Positions 12,361-27,300 of a stretch of DNA of 64,000 nt are shown in pieces. The stretch lies in contig OZ024758.1 in NCBI GenBank assembly GCA_964016885.1, positions 39,370,001 through 39,434,000 of the forward strand, given 5' to 3'. This stretch comes from Eledone cirrhosa. Lineage: Eukaryota. The notes beneath the pieces were generated by a model, which made no database searches, was not told the DNA's origin, and saw nothing but the letters and a program-made list of their open reading frames with translations. The position numbers and the translations under genes were made by a program. Every line of letters starts with the position of its first letter. Positions within the stretch are counted from its first letter, which is position 1.

Positions 12361-15300
12361 AATGAATTCTCAACAACATTGGAGTTACTTCTGACAGCTA
12401 GTACCATGAACTTAAATGAATTCTCACCAACAGTGGAGTTCCTTCTGACAGCTAATACCATGAACTTAAATGAATTCTCACCAACATTGGAGTTACTTCT
12501 GACAACTAATACCATGACTTAAATGAATTCTCACCAACAGTGGAGTTACTTCTGACAAACTAATACCATGAACTTAAATGAATTCTCACCAACAGTGGAG
12601 TTACTTCTGACAGCTAATACCATGAACTTAAATGAATTCTCACCAACATTGGAGTGACTTCTGACAGCTAATACCATGAACTTAAATGAATTCTCACCAA
12701 CATTGGGGTTACTTCTGACAGCTAATACCATGAACTTAAATGAATTCTCACCAACAGTGGAGTGACTTCTGACAGCTAATACCATGAACTTAAATGAATT
12801 CTCACCAACATTGGAGTGACTTCTGACAGCTAATACCATGAACTTAAATGAATTCTCACCAACAGTGGAGTTACTTCTGACAGCTAGTACCATGAACCTA
12901 AATGAATTCTCACCAACAGTGGAGTTACTTCTGACAGCTAATAGCATGAACTTAAATGAATTCTCAGCAACAGTGGAGTTCCTTCTGACAGCTAATACCA
13001 TGAACTTAAATGAATTCTCACCAACATTGGAGTTACTTCTGACAGCTAGTACCATGAACTTAAATGAATTCTCACCAACAGTGGAGTTACTTCTGACAGC
13101 TAATACCATGAACTTAAATGAATTCTCACCAACAGTGGAGTTACTTCTGACAGCTAATACCATGAACTTAAATGAATTCTCACCAACAGTGGAGTTACTT
13201 CTGACAGCTAGTACCATGACTTAAATGAATTCTGACCAACATTGGAGTTCCTTCTGACAGCTAATACCATGAACTTAAATGAATTCTCACCAACAGTGGA
13301 GTTACTTCTGACAGCTAATACCATGAACTTAAATGAATTCTCACCAACAGTGGAGTTACTTCTGACAGCTAATACCATGAACTTAAATGAATTCTCACCA
13401 ACAGTGGAGTTACTTCTGACAGCTAATACCATGAACTTAAATGAATTCTCACCAACATTGGAGTGACTTCTGACAGCTAATACCATGAACTTAAATGAAT
13501 TCTCACCAACATTGGGGTTACTTCTGACAGCTAGTACCATGAACTTAAATGAATTCTCACCAACAGTGGAGTGACTTCTGACAGCTAATACCATGAACTT
13601 ACATGAATTATCACCAACATTGGAGTTACTTCTGACAGCTAGTACCATGAACTTAAATGAATTCTCACCAACATTGGAGTTACTTCTGAAAACTAATACC
13701 ATGACTTAAATGAATTCTCACCAACAGTGGAGTTACTTCTGACAAACTAATACCATGAACTTAAATGAATTCTCACCAACAGTGGAGTTACTTCTGACAG
13801 CTAATACCATGAACTTAAATGAATTCTCACCAACAGTGGAGTTACTTCTAACAGCTAATACCATGAACTTAAATGAATTCTCACCAACATTGGAGTTACT
13901 TCTGACAGCTAATACCATGACTTAAATGAATTCTCACCAACAGTCGAGTTACTTCTGTCAGCTAATACCATGAACTTAAATGAATTCTCACCAACATTGG
14001 AGTTACTTCTGACAGCTAGTACCATGAACTTAAATGAATTCTCACCAACAGTGGAGTTACTTCTGACAGCTAATACCATGAACTTAAATGAATTCTCACC
14101 AACAGTGGAGTTCCTTCTGACAGCTAATACCATGAACTTAAATGAATTCTCACCAACATTGGAGTTACTTCTGACAGCTAGTACCATGACTTAAATGAAT
14201 TCTCACCAACATTGGAGTTACTTCTGACAACTAATACCATGACTTAAATGAATTCTCACCAACAGTGGAGTTACTTCTGACAAACTAATACCATGAACTT
14301 AAATGAATTCTCACCAACAGTGGAGTTACTTCTGACAGCTAGTACCATGAACTTAAATGAATTCTCACCAACAGTGGAGTTCCTTCTGACAGCTAATACC
14401 ATGAACTTAAATGAATTCTCACCAACAGTGGAGTTACTTCTGACAGCTAGTACCATGAACTTAAATGAATTCTCACCAACAGTGGAATGACTTCTGACAG
14501 CTAATACCATGAACTTAAATGAATTCTCACCAACATTGGAGTGACTTCTGACAGCTAATACCATGAACTTAAATGAATTCTCACCAACAGTGGAGTTACT
14601 TCTGACAGCTAGTACCATGAACTTAAATGAATTCTCACCAACAGTGGAGTTACTTCTGACAGCTAATACCATGAACTTAAATGAATTCTCAGCAACAGTG
14701 GAGTTCCTTCTGACAGCTAATACCATGAACTTAAATGAATTCTCACCAACATTGGAGTTACTTCTGACAGCTAGTACCATGAACTTAAATGAATTCTCAC
14801 CAACAGTGGAGTTACTTCTGACAGCTAATACCATGAACTTAAATGAATTCTCACCAACAGTGGAGTTAATTCTGACAGCTAGTACCATGAACTTAAATGA
14901 ATTCTCACCAACAGTGGAGTTACTTCTGACAGCTAATACCATGAACTTAAATGAATTCTCACCAACATTGGAGTTACTTCTGACAGCTAGTACCATGACT
15001 TAAATGAATTCTCACCAACATTGGAGTTACTTCTGACAGCTAGTACCATGACTTAAATGAATTCTCACCAACAATGGAGTTACTTCTGACAGCTAATACC
15101 ACGTATTAAATGAATTCTCACCAACAGTGGAGTTACTTCTGACAGCTAGTACCATGAACTTAAATGAATTCTCACCAACAGTGGAGTTACTTCTGACAAC
15201 TAATACCATGAACTTAAATGAATTCTCACCAACAGTGGCGTTCCTTCTGACAGCTAATACCATGAACTTAAATGAATTCTCACCAACAGTGGAGTTACTT

Positions 15301-18300
15301 CTGACAGCTAGTACCATGACTTAAATGAATTCTCACCAACATTGGAGTTCCTTCTGACAGCTAATACCATGAACTTAAATGAATTCTCACCAACAGTGGA
15401 GTTCCTTCTGACAGCTAATACCATGAACTTAAATGAATTCTCACCAACATTGGAGTTACTCCTGACAACTAATACCATGACTTAAATGAATTCTCACCAA
15501 CAGTGGAGTTACTCCTGACAAACTAATACCATGAACTTAAATGAATTCTCACCAACAGTGGAGTTACTTCTGACAGCTAATACCATGAACTTAAATGAAT
15601 TCTCACCAACATTGGAGTGACTTCTGACAGCTAATACCATGAACTTAAATTAATTCTCACCAACATTGGGGTTACTTCTGACAGCTAATACCATGAACTT
15701 AAATGAATTCTCACCAACAGTGGAGTGACTTCTGACAGCTAATACCATGAACTTAAATGAATTCTCACCAACATTGGAGTGACTTCTGACAGCTAATACC
15801 ATGAACTTAAATGAATTCTCACCAACAGTGGAGTTACTTCTGACAGCTAGTACCATGAACCTAAATGAATTCTCACCAACAGTGGAGTTACTTCTGACAG
15901 CTAATACCATGAACTTAAATGAATTCTCACCATCAGTGGCGTTCCTTCTGACAGCTAATACCATGAACTTAAATGAATTCTCACCAACAGTGGAGTTACT
16001 TCTGACAGCTAGTACCATGACTTAAATGAATTCTGACCAACATTGGAGTTCCTTCTGACAGCTAATACCATGAACTTAAATGAATTCTCACCAACAGTGG
16101 AGTTACTTCTGACAGCTAATACCATGAACTTAAATGAATTCTCACCAACAGTGGAGTTACTTCTGACAGCTAATACCATGAACTTAAATGAATTCTCACC
16201 AACAGTGGAGTTACTTCTGACAGCTAATACCATGAACTTAAATGAATTCTCACCAACATTGGAGTGACTTCTGACAGCTAATACCATGAACTTAAATGAA
16301 TTCTCACCAACATTGGGGTTACTTCTGACAGCTAGTACCATGAACTTAAATGAATTCTCACCAACAGTGGAGTGACTTCTGACAGCTAATACCATGAACT
16401 TACATGAATTATCACCAACATTGGAGTTACTTCTGACAACTAATACCATGACTTAAATGAATTCTCACCAACAGTGGAGTTACTTCTGACAAACTAATAC
16501 CATGAACTTAAATGAATTCTCACCAACAGTGGAGTTACTTCTGACAGATAGTACCATGAACTTAAATGAATTCTCACCAACAGTGGAGTTACTTCTGACA
16601 GCTAATACCATGAACTTAAATGAATTCTCACCAACAGTGGAGTTACTTCTGACAGCTAATACCATGAACTTAAATGAATTCTCACCAACATTGGAGTTAC
16701 TTCTGACAGCTAATACCATGACTTAAATGAATTCTCAACAACAGTGGAGTTACTTCTGACAGCTAATACCATGAACTTAAATGAATTCTCACCAACATTG
16801 GAGTTACTTCTGACAGCTAGTACCATGAACTTAAATGAATTCTCACCAACAGTGGAGTTTCTTCTGACAGCTAATACCATGAACTTAAATGAATTCTCAC
16901 CAACAGTGGAGTTACTTCTGACAGCTAGTACCATGAACTTAAATGAATTCTCACCAACAGTGGAGTTCCTTCTGACAGCTAATACCATGAACTTAAATGA
17001 ATTCTCACCAACATTGGAGTTACTTCTGACAGCTAGTACCATGACTTAAATGAATTCTCACCAACATTGGAGTTACTTCTGACAGCTAGTACCATGACTT
17101 AAATGAATTCTCACCAACAATGGAGTTACTTCTGACAGCTAATACCACGTATTAAATGAATTCTCACCAACAGTGGAGTTACTTCTGACAGCTAATACCA
17201 TGAACTTAAATGAATTCTCACCAACAGTGGAGTTCCTTCTGACAGCTAATACCATGAACTTAAATGAATTCTCAACAACATTGGAGTTACTTCTGACAGC
17301 TAGTACCATGAACTTAAATGAATTCTCACCAACAGTGGAGTTCCTTCTGACAGCTAATACCATGAACTTAAATGAATTCTCACCAACATTGGAGTTACTT
17401 CTGACAACTAATACCATGACTTAAATGAATTCTCACCAACAGTGGAGTTACTTCTGACAAACTAATACCATGAACTTAAATGAATTCTCACCAACAGTGG
17501 AGTTACTTCTGACAGCTAATACCATGAACTTAAATGAATTCTCACCAACATTGGAGTGACTTCTGACAGCTAATACCATGAACTTAAATGAATTCTCACC
17601 AACATTGGGGTTACTTCTGACAGCTAATACCATGAACTTAAATGAATTCTCACCAACAGTGGAGTGACTTCTGACAGCTAATACCATGAACTTAAATGAA
17701 TTCTCACCAACATTGGAGTGACTTCTGACAGCTAATACCATGAACTTAAATGAATTCTCACCAACAGTGGAGTTACTTCTGACAGCTAGTACCATGAACC
17801 TAAATGAATTCTCACCAACAGTGGAGTTACTTCTGACAGCTAATAGCATGAACTTAAATGAATTCTCAGCAACAGTGGAGTTCCTTCTGACAGCTAATAC
17901 CATGAACTTAAATGAATTCTCACCAACATTGGAGTTACTTCTGACAGCTAGTACCATGAACTTAAATGAATTCTCACCAACAGTGGAGTTACTTCTGACA
18001 GCTAATACCATGAACTTAAATGAATTCTCACCAACAGTGGAGTTACTTCTGACAGCTAATACCATGAACTTAAATGAATTCTCACCAACAGTGGAGTTAC
18101 TTCTGACAGCTAGTACCATGACTTAAATGAATTCTGACCAACATTGGAGTTCCTTCTGACAGCTAATACCATGAACTTAAATGAATTCTCACCAACAGTG
18201 GAGTTACTTCTGACAGCTAATACCATGAACTTAAATGAATTCTCACCAACAGTGGAGTTACTTCTGACAGCTAATACCATGAACTTAAATGAATTCTCAC

Positions 18301-21300
18301 CAACAGTGGAGTTACTTCTGACAGCTAATACCATGAACTTAAATGAATTCTCACCAACATTGGAGTGACTTCTGACAGCTAATACCATGAACTTAAATGA
18401 ATTCTCACCAACATTGGGGTTACTTCTGACAGCTAGTACCATGAACTTAAATGAATTCTCACCAACAGTGGAGTGACTTCTGACAGCTAATACCATGAAC
18501 TTACATGAATTATCACCAACATTGGAGTTACTTCTGACAGCTAGTACCATGAACTTAAATGAATTCTCACCAACATTGGAGTTACTTCTGAAAACTAATA
18601 CCATGACTTAAATGAATTCTCACCAACAGTGGAGTTACTTCTGACAAACTAATACCATGAACTTAAATGAATTCTCACCAACAGTGGAGTTACTTCTGAC
18701 AGCTAATACCATGAACTTAAATGAATTCTCACCAACAGTGGAGTTACTTCTAACAGCTAATACCATGAACTTAAATGAATTCTCACCAACATTGGAGTTA
18801 CTTCTGACAGCTAATACCATGACTTAAATGAATTCTCACCAACAGTCGAGTTACTTCTGTCAGCTAATACCATGAACTTAAATGAATTCTCACCAACATT
18901 GGAGTTACTTCTGACAGCTAGTACCATGAAATTAAATGAATTCTCACCAACAGTGGAGTTACTTCTGACAGCTAATACCATGAACTTAAATGAATTCTCA
19001 CCAACAGTGGAGTTCCTTCTGACAGCTAATACCATGAACTTAAATGAATTCTCACCAACATTGGAGTTACTTCTGACAGCTAGTACCATGACTTAAATGA
19101 ATTCTCACCAACATTGGAGTTACTTCTGACAACTAATACCATGACTTAAATGAATTCTCACCAACAGTGGAGTTACTTCTGACAAACTAATACCATGAAC
19201 TTAAATGAATTCTCACCAACAGTGGAGTTACTTCTGACAGCTAGTACCATGAACTTAAATGAATTCTCACCAACAGTGGAGTTCCTTCTGACAGCTAATA
19301 CCATGAACTTAAATGAATTCTCACCAACAGTGGAGTTACTTCTGACAGCTAGTACCATGAACTTAAATGAATTCTCACCAACAGTGGAATGACTTCTGAC
19401 AGCTAATACCATGAACTTAAATGAATTCTCACCAACATTGGAGTGACTTCTGACAGCTAATACCATGAACTTAAATGAATTCTCACCAACAGTGGAGTTA
19501 CTTCTGACAGCTAGTACCATGAACTTAAATGAATTCTCACCAACAGTGGAGTTACTTCTGACAGCTAATACCATGAACTTAAATGAATTCTCAGCAACAG
19601 TGGAGTTCCTTCTGACAGCTAATACCATGAACTTAAATGAATTCTCACCAACATTGGAGTTACTTCTGACAGCTAGTACCATGAACTTAAATGAATTCTC
19701 ACCAACAGTGGAGTTACTTCTGACAGCTAATACCATGAACTTAAATGAATTCTCACCAACAGTGGAGTTAATTCTGACAGCTAGTACCATGAACTTAAAT
19801 GAATTCTCACCAACAGTGGAGTTACTTCTGACAGCTAATACCATGAACTTAAATGAATTCTCACCAACATTGGAGTTACTTCTGACAGCTAGTACCATGA
19901 CTTAAATGAATTCTCACCAACATTGGAGTTACTTCTGACAGCTAGTACCATGACTTAAATGAATTCTCACCAACAATGGAGTTACTTCTGACAGCTAATA
20001 CCACGTATTAAATGAATTCTCACCAACAGTGGAGTTACTTCTGACAGCTAGTACCATGAACTTAAATGAATTCTCACCAACAGTGGAGTTACTTCTGACA
20101 ACTAATACCATGAACTTAAATGAATTCTCACCAACAGTGGCGTTCCTTCTGACAGCTAATACCATGAACTTAAATGAATTCTCACCAACAGTGGAGTTAC
20201 TTCTGACAGCTAGTACCATGACTTAAATGAATTCTCACCAACATTGGAGTTCCTTCTGACAGCTAATACCATGAACTTAAATGAATTCTCACCAACAGTG
20301 GAGTTCCTTCTGACAGCTAATACCATGAACTTAAATGAATTCTCACCAACATTGGAGTTACTCCTGACAACTAATACCATGACTTAAATGAATTCTCACC
20401 AACAGTGGAGTTACTCCTGACAAACTAATACCATGAACTTAAATGAATTCTCACCAACAGTGGAGTTACTTCTGACAGCTAATACCATGAACTTAAATGA
20501 ATTCTCACCAACATTGGAGTGACTTCTGACAGCTAATACCATGAACTTAAATTAATTCTCACCAACATTGGGGTTACTTCTGACAGCTAATACCATGAAC
20601 TTAAATGAATTCTCACCAACAGTGGAGTGACTTCTGACAGCTAATACCATGAACTTAAATGAATTCTCACCAACATTGGAGTGACTTCTGACAGCTAATA
20701 CCATGAACTTAAATGAATTCTCACCAACAGTGGAGTTACTTCTGACAGCTAGTACCATGAACCTAAATGAATTCTCACCAACAGTGGAGTTACTTCTGAC
20801 AGCTAATACCATGAACTTAAATGAATTCTCACCATCAGTGGCGTTCCTTCTGACAGCTAATACCATGAACTTAAATGAATTCTCACCAACAGTGGAGTTA
20901 CTTCTGACAGCTAGTACCATGACTTAAATGAATTCTGACCAACATTGGAGTTCCTTCTGACAGCTAATACCATGAACTTAAATGAATTCTCACCAACAGT
21001 GGAGTTACTTCTGACAGCTAATACCATGAACTTAAATGAATTCTCACCAACAGTGGAGTTACTTCTGACAGCTAATACCATGAACTTAAATGAATTCTCA
21101 CCAACAGTGGAGTTACTTCTGACAGCTAATACCATGAACTTAAATGAATTCTCACCAACATTGGAGTGACTTCTGACAGCTAATACCATGAACTTAAATG
21201 AATTCTCACCAACATTGGGGTTACTTCTGACAGCTAGTACCATGAACTTAAATGAATTCTCACCAACAGTGGAGTGACTTCTGACAGCTAATAACATGAA

Positions 21301-21340
21301 CTTACATGAATTATCACCAACATTGGAGTTACTTCTGACA
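11510..21340. repeat. Higher-order tandem duplication, period 4902 bp (91 monomers), 2 copies
   Basis: ORF pairs 11578/16480, 11808/16710, 12237/17139, 12546/17448, 13208/18110, 14271/19173, 15093/19995, 15650/20552 and 16009/20911. Shared rare variants include cagtcgag (~13941/18843) and actcctgac. Confidence 0.93.
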
Positions 21341-24300
21341 GCTAGTACCATGAACTTAAATGAATTCTCACCAACATTGGAGTTACTTCTGAAAACTAAT
21401 ACCATGACTTAAATGAATTCTCACCAACAGTGGAGTTACTTCTGACAAACTAATACCATGAACTTAAATGAATTCTCACCAACAGTGGAGTTACTTCTGA
21501 CAGCTAATACCATGAACTTAAATGAATTCTCACCAACAGTGGAGTTACTTCTAACAGCTAATACCATGAACTTAAATGAATTCTCACCAACATTGGAGTT
21601 ACTTCTGACAGCTAATACCATGACTTAAATGAATTCTCACCAACAGTGGAGTTACTTCTGTCAGCTAATACCATGAACTTAAATGAATTCTCACCAACAT
21701 TGGAGTTACTTCTGACAGCTAGTACCATGAACTTAAATGAATTCTCACCAACAGTGGAGTTACTTCTGACAGCTAATACCATGAACTTAAATGAATTCTC
21801 ACCAACAGTGGAGTTCCTTCTGACAGCTAATACCATGAACCTAAATGAATTCTCACCAACATTGGAGTTACTTCTGACAGCTAGTACCATGACTTAAATG
21901 AATTCTCACCAACATTGGAGTTACTTCTGACAACTAATACCATGACTTAAATGAATTCTCACCAACAGTGGAGTTACTTCTGACAAACTAATACCATGAA
22001 CTTAAATGAATTCTCACCAACAGTGGAGTTACTTCTGACAGCTAGTACCATGAACTTAAATGAATTCTCACCAACAGTGGAGTTCCTTCTGACAGCTAAT
22101 ACCATGAACTTAAATGAATTCTCACCAACAGTGGAGTTACTTCTGACAGCTAGTACCATGAACTTAAATGAATTCTCACCAACAGTGGAATGACTTCTGA
22201 CAGCTAATACCATGAACTTAAATGAATTCTCACCAACATTGGAGTGACTTCTGACAGCTAATACCATGAACTTAAATGAATTCTCAGCAACAGTGGAGTT
22301 CCTTCTGACAGCTAATACCATGAACTTAAATGAATCCTCACCAACATTGGAGTTACTTCTGACAGCTAGTACCATGAACTTAAATGAATTCTCACCAACA
22401 GTGGAGTTACTTCTGACAGCTAATACCATGAACTTAAATGAATTCTCACCAACAGTGGAGTTAATTCTGACAGCTAGTACCATGAACTTAAATGAATTCT
22501 CACCAACAGTGGAGTTACTTCTGACAGCTAATACCATGAACTTAAATGAATTCTCACCAACATTGGAGTTACTTCTGACAGCTAGTACCATGACTTAAAT
22601 GAATTCTCACCAACATTGGAGTTACTTCTGACAGCTAGTACCATGACTTAAATGAATTCTCACCAACAATGGAGTTACTTCTGACAGCTAATACCACGTA
22701 TTAAATGAATTCTCACCAACAGTGGAGTTACTTCTGACAGCTAATACCATGAACTTAAATGAATTCTCAGCAACAGTGGAGTTCCTTCTGACAGCTAATA
22801 CCATGAACTTAAATGAATTCTCACCAACATTGGACTTACTTCTGACAGCTAGTACCATGAACTTAAATGAATTCTCACCAACAGTGGAGTTACTTCTGAC
22901 AACTAATACCATGAACTTAAATGAATTCTCACCAACAGTGGCGTTCCTTCTGACAGCTAATACCATGAACTTAAATGAATTCTCACCAACAGTGGAGTTA
23001 CTTCTGACAGCTAGTACCATGACTTAAATGAATTCTCACCAACATTGGAGTTCCTTCTGACAGCTAATACCATGAACTTAAATGAATTCTCACCAACAGT
23101 GGAGTTCCTTCTGACAGCTAATACCATGAACTTAAATGAATTCTCACCAACATTGGAGTTACTTCTGACAACTAATACCATGACTTAAATGAATTCTCAC
23201 CAACAGTGTAGTTACTTCTGACAAACTAATACCATGAACTTAAATGAATTCTCACCAACAGTGGAGTTACTTCTGACAGCTAATACCATGAACTTAAATG
23301 AATTCTCACCAACATTGGAGTGACTTCTGACAGCTAATACCATGAACTTAAATGAATTCTCACCAACATTGGGGTTACTTCTGACAGCTAATACCATGAA
23401 CTTAAATGAATTCTCACCAACAGTGGAGTGACTTCTGACAGCTAATACCATGAACTTAAATGAATTCTCACCAACATTGGAGTGACTTCTGACAGCTAAT
23501 ACCATGAACTTAAATGAATTCTCACCAACAGTGGAGTTACTTCTGACAGCTAGTACCATGAACCTAAATGAATTCTCACCAACAGTGGAGTTACTTCTGA
23601 CAGCTAATACCATGAACTTAAATGAATTCTCAGCAACAGTGGAGTTCCTTCTGACAGCTAATACCATGAACTTAAATGAATTCTCACCAACATTGGAGTT
23701 ACTTCTGACAGCTAGTACCATGAACTTAAATGAATTCTCACCAACAGCGGAGTTACTTCTGACAGCTAATACCATGAACTTAAATGAATTCTCACCAACA
23801 GTGGAGTTACTTCTGACAGCTAATACCATGAACTTAAATGAATTCTCACCAACATTGGAGTGACTTCTGACAGCTAATACCATGAACTTAAATGAATTCT
23901 CACCAACATTGGGGTTACTTCTGACAGCTAATACCATGAACTTAAATGAATTCTCACCAACAGTGGAGTGACTTCTGACAGCTAATACCATGAACTTAAA
24001 TGAATTCTCACCAACATTGGAGTGACTTCTGACAGCTAATACCATGAACTTAAATGAATTCTCACCAACAGTGGAGTTACTTCTGACAGCTAGTACCATG
24101 AACCTAAATGAATTCTCACCAACAGTGGAGTTACTTCTGACAGCTAATACCATGAACTTAAATGAATTATCAGCAACAGTGGAGTTCCTTCTGACAGCTA
24201 ATACCATGAACTTAAATGAATTCTCACCAACATTGGAGTTACTTCTGACAGCTAGTACCATGAAGTTAAATGAATTCTCACCAACAGTGGAGTTACTTCT

Positions 24301-27300
24301 GACAGCTAATACCATGAACTTAAATGAATTCTCAGCAACAGTGGAGTTCCTTCTGACAGCTAATACCATGAACTTAAATGAATTCTCACCAACATTGGAG
24401 TTACTTCTGACAGCTAGTACCATGAACTTAAATGAATTCTCACCAACAGTGGAGTTACTTCTGACAGCTAGTACCATGACTTAAATGAATTCTCACCAAC
24501 ATTGGAGTTCCTTCTGACAGCTAATACCATGAACTTAAATGAATTCTCACCAACGGTGGAGTTACTTCTGACAGCTAATACCATGAACTTAAATGAATTC
24601 TCACCAACAGTGGAGTTACTTCTGACAGCTAATACCATGAACTTAAATGAATTCTCACCAACAGTGGAGTTACTTCTGACAGCTAATACCATGAACTTAA
24701 ATGAATTCTCACCAACATTGGAGTGACTTCTGACAGCTAATACCATGAACTTAAATGAATTCTCACCAACATTGGGGTTACTTCTGACAGCTAGTACCAT
24801 GAACTTAAATGAATTCTCACCAACAGTGGAGTGACTTCTGACAGCTAATACCATGAACTTACATGAATTATCACCAACATTGGAGTTACTTCTTACAGCT
24901 TGTACCATGAACTTAAATGAATTCTCACCAACATTGGAGTTACTTCTGAAAACTAATACCATGACTTAAATGAATTCTCACCAACAGTGGAGTTACTTCT
25001 GACAAACTAATACCATGAACTTAAATGAATTCTCACCAACAGTGGAGTTACTTCTGACAGCTAATACCATGAACTTAAATGAATTCTCACCAACAGTGGA
25101 GTTACTTCTAACAGCTAATACCATGAACTTAAATGAATTCTCACCAACATTGGAGTTACTTCTGACAGCTAATACCATGACTTAAATGAATTCTCACCAA
25201 CAGTGGAGTTACTTCTGTCAGCTAATACCATGAACTTAAATGAATTCTCACCAACATTGGAGTTACTTCTGACAGCTAGTACCATGAACTTAAATGAATT
25301 CTCACCAACAGTGGAGTTACTTCTGACAGCTAATACCATGAACTTAAATGAATTCTCACCAACAGTGGAGTTCCTTCTGACAGCTAATACCATGAACTTA
25401 AATGAATTCTCACCAACATTGGAGTTACTTCTGACAGCTAGTACCATGACTTAAATGAATTCTCACCAACATTGGAGTTACTTCTGACAACTAATACCAT
25501 GACTTAAATGAATTCTCACCAACAGTGGAGTTACTTCTGACAAACTAATACCATGAACTTAAATGAATTCTCACCAACATTGGTGTTACTTCTGACAGCT
25601 AGTACCATGAACTTAAATGAATTCTCACCAACAGTGGAATGACTTCTGACAGCTAATACCATGAACTTAAATGAATTCTCACCAACATTGGAGTGACTTC
25701 TGACAGCTAATACCATGAACTTAAATGAATTCTCACCAACAGTGGAGTTACTTCTGACAGCTAGTACCATGAACTTAAATGAATTCTCACCAACAGTGGA
25801 GTTACTTCTGACAGCTAATACCATGAACTTAAATTAATTCTCACCATCAGTGGCGTTCCTTCTGACAGCTAATACCATGAACTTAAATGAATTCTCACCA
25901 ACAGTGGAGTTACTTCTGACAGCTAGTACCATGACTTAAATGAATTCTCACCAACATTGGAGTTCCTTCTGACAGCTAATACCATGAACTTAAATGAATT
26001 CTCACCAACAGTGGAGTTACTTCTGACAGCTAATACCATGAACTTAAATGAATTCTCACCAACAGTGGAGTTACTTCTGACAGCTAATACCATGAACTTA
26101 AATGAATTCTCACCAACAGTGGAGTTACTTCTGACAGCTAATACCATGAACTTAAATGAATTCTCACCAACATTGGAGTGACTTCTGACAGCTAATACCA
26201 TGAACTTAAATGAATTCTCACCAACAGTGGAGTTACTTCTAACAGCTAATACCATGAACTTAAATGAATTCTCACCAACATTGGAGTTACTTCTGACAGC
26301 TAATACCATGACTTAAATGAATTCTCACCAACAGTGGAGTTACTTCTGTCAGCTAATACCATGAACTTAAATGAATTCTCACCAACATTGGGGTTACTTC
26401 TGACAGCTAGTACCATGAACTTAAATGAATTCTCACCAACAGTGGAGTGACTTCTGACAGCTAATACCATGAACTTACATGAATTATCACCAACATTGGA
26501 GTTACTTCTGACAGCTAGTACCATGAACTTAAATGAATTCTCACCAACATTGGAGTTACTTCTGAAAACTAATACCATGACTTAAATGAATTCTCACCAA
26601 CAGTGGAGTTACTTCTGACAAACTAATACCATGAACTTAAATGAATTCTCACCAACAGTGGAGTTACTTCTGACAGCTAATACCATGAACTTAAATGAAT
26701 TCTCACCAACAGTGGAGTTACTTCTAACAGCTAATACCATGAACTTAAATGAATTCTCACCAACATTGGAGTTACTTCTGACAGCTAATACCATGACTTA
26801 AATGAATTCTCACCAACAGTGGAGTTACTTCTGTCAGCTAATACCATGAACTTAAATGAATTCTCACCAACATTGGAGTGACTTCTGACAGCTAATACCA
26901 TGAACTTAAATGAATTCTCACCAACATTGGGGTTACTTCTGACAGCTAGTACCATGAACTTAAATGAATTCTCACCAACAGTGGAGTGACTTCTGACAGC
27001 TAATACCATGAACTTACATGAATTATCACCAACATTGGAGTTACTTCTTACAGCTAGTACCATGAACTTAAATGAATTCTCACCAACATTGGAGTTACTT
27101 CTGACAGCTAATACCATGACTTAAATGAATTCTCACCAACAGTGGAGTTACTTCTGTCAGCTAATACCATGAACTTAAATGAATTCTCACCAACATTGGA
27201 GTGACTTCTGACAGCTAATACCATGAACTTAAATGAATTCTCACCAACATTGGGGTTACTTCTGACAGCTAGTACCATGAACTTAAATGAATTCTCACCA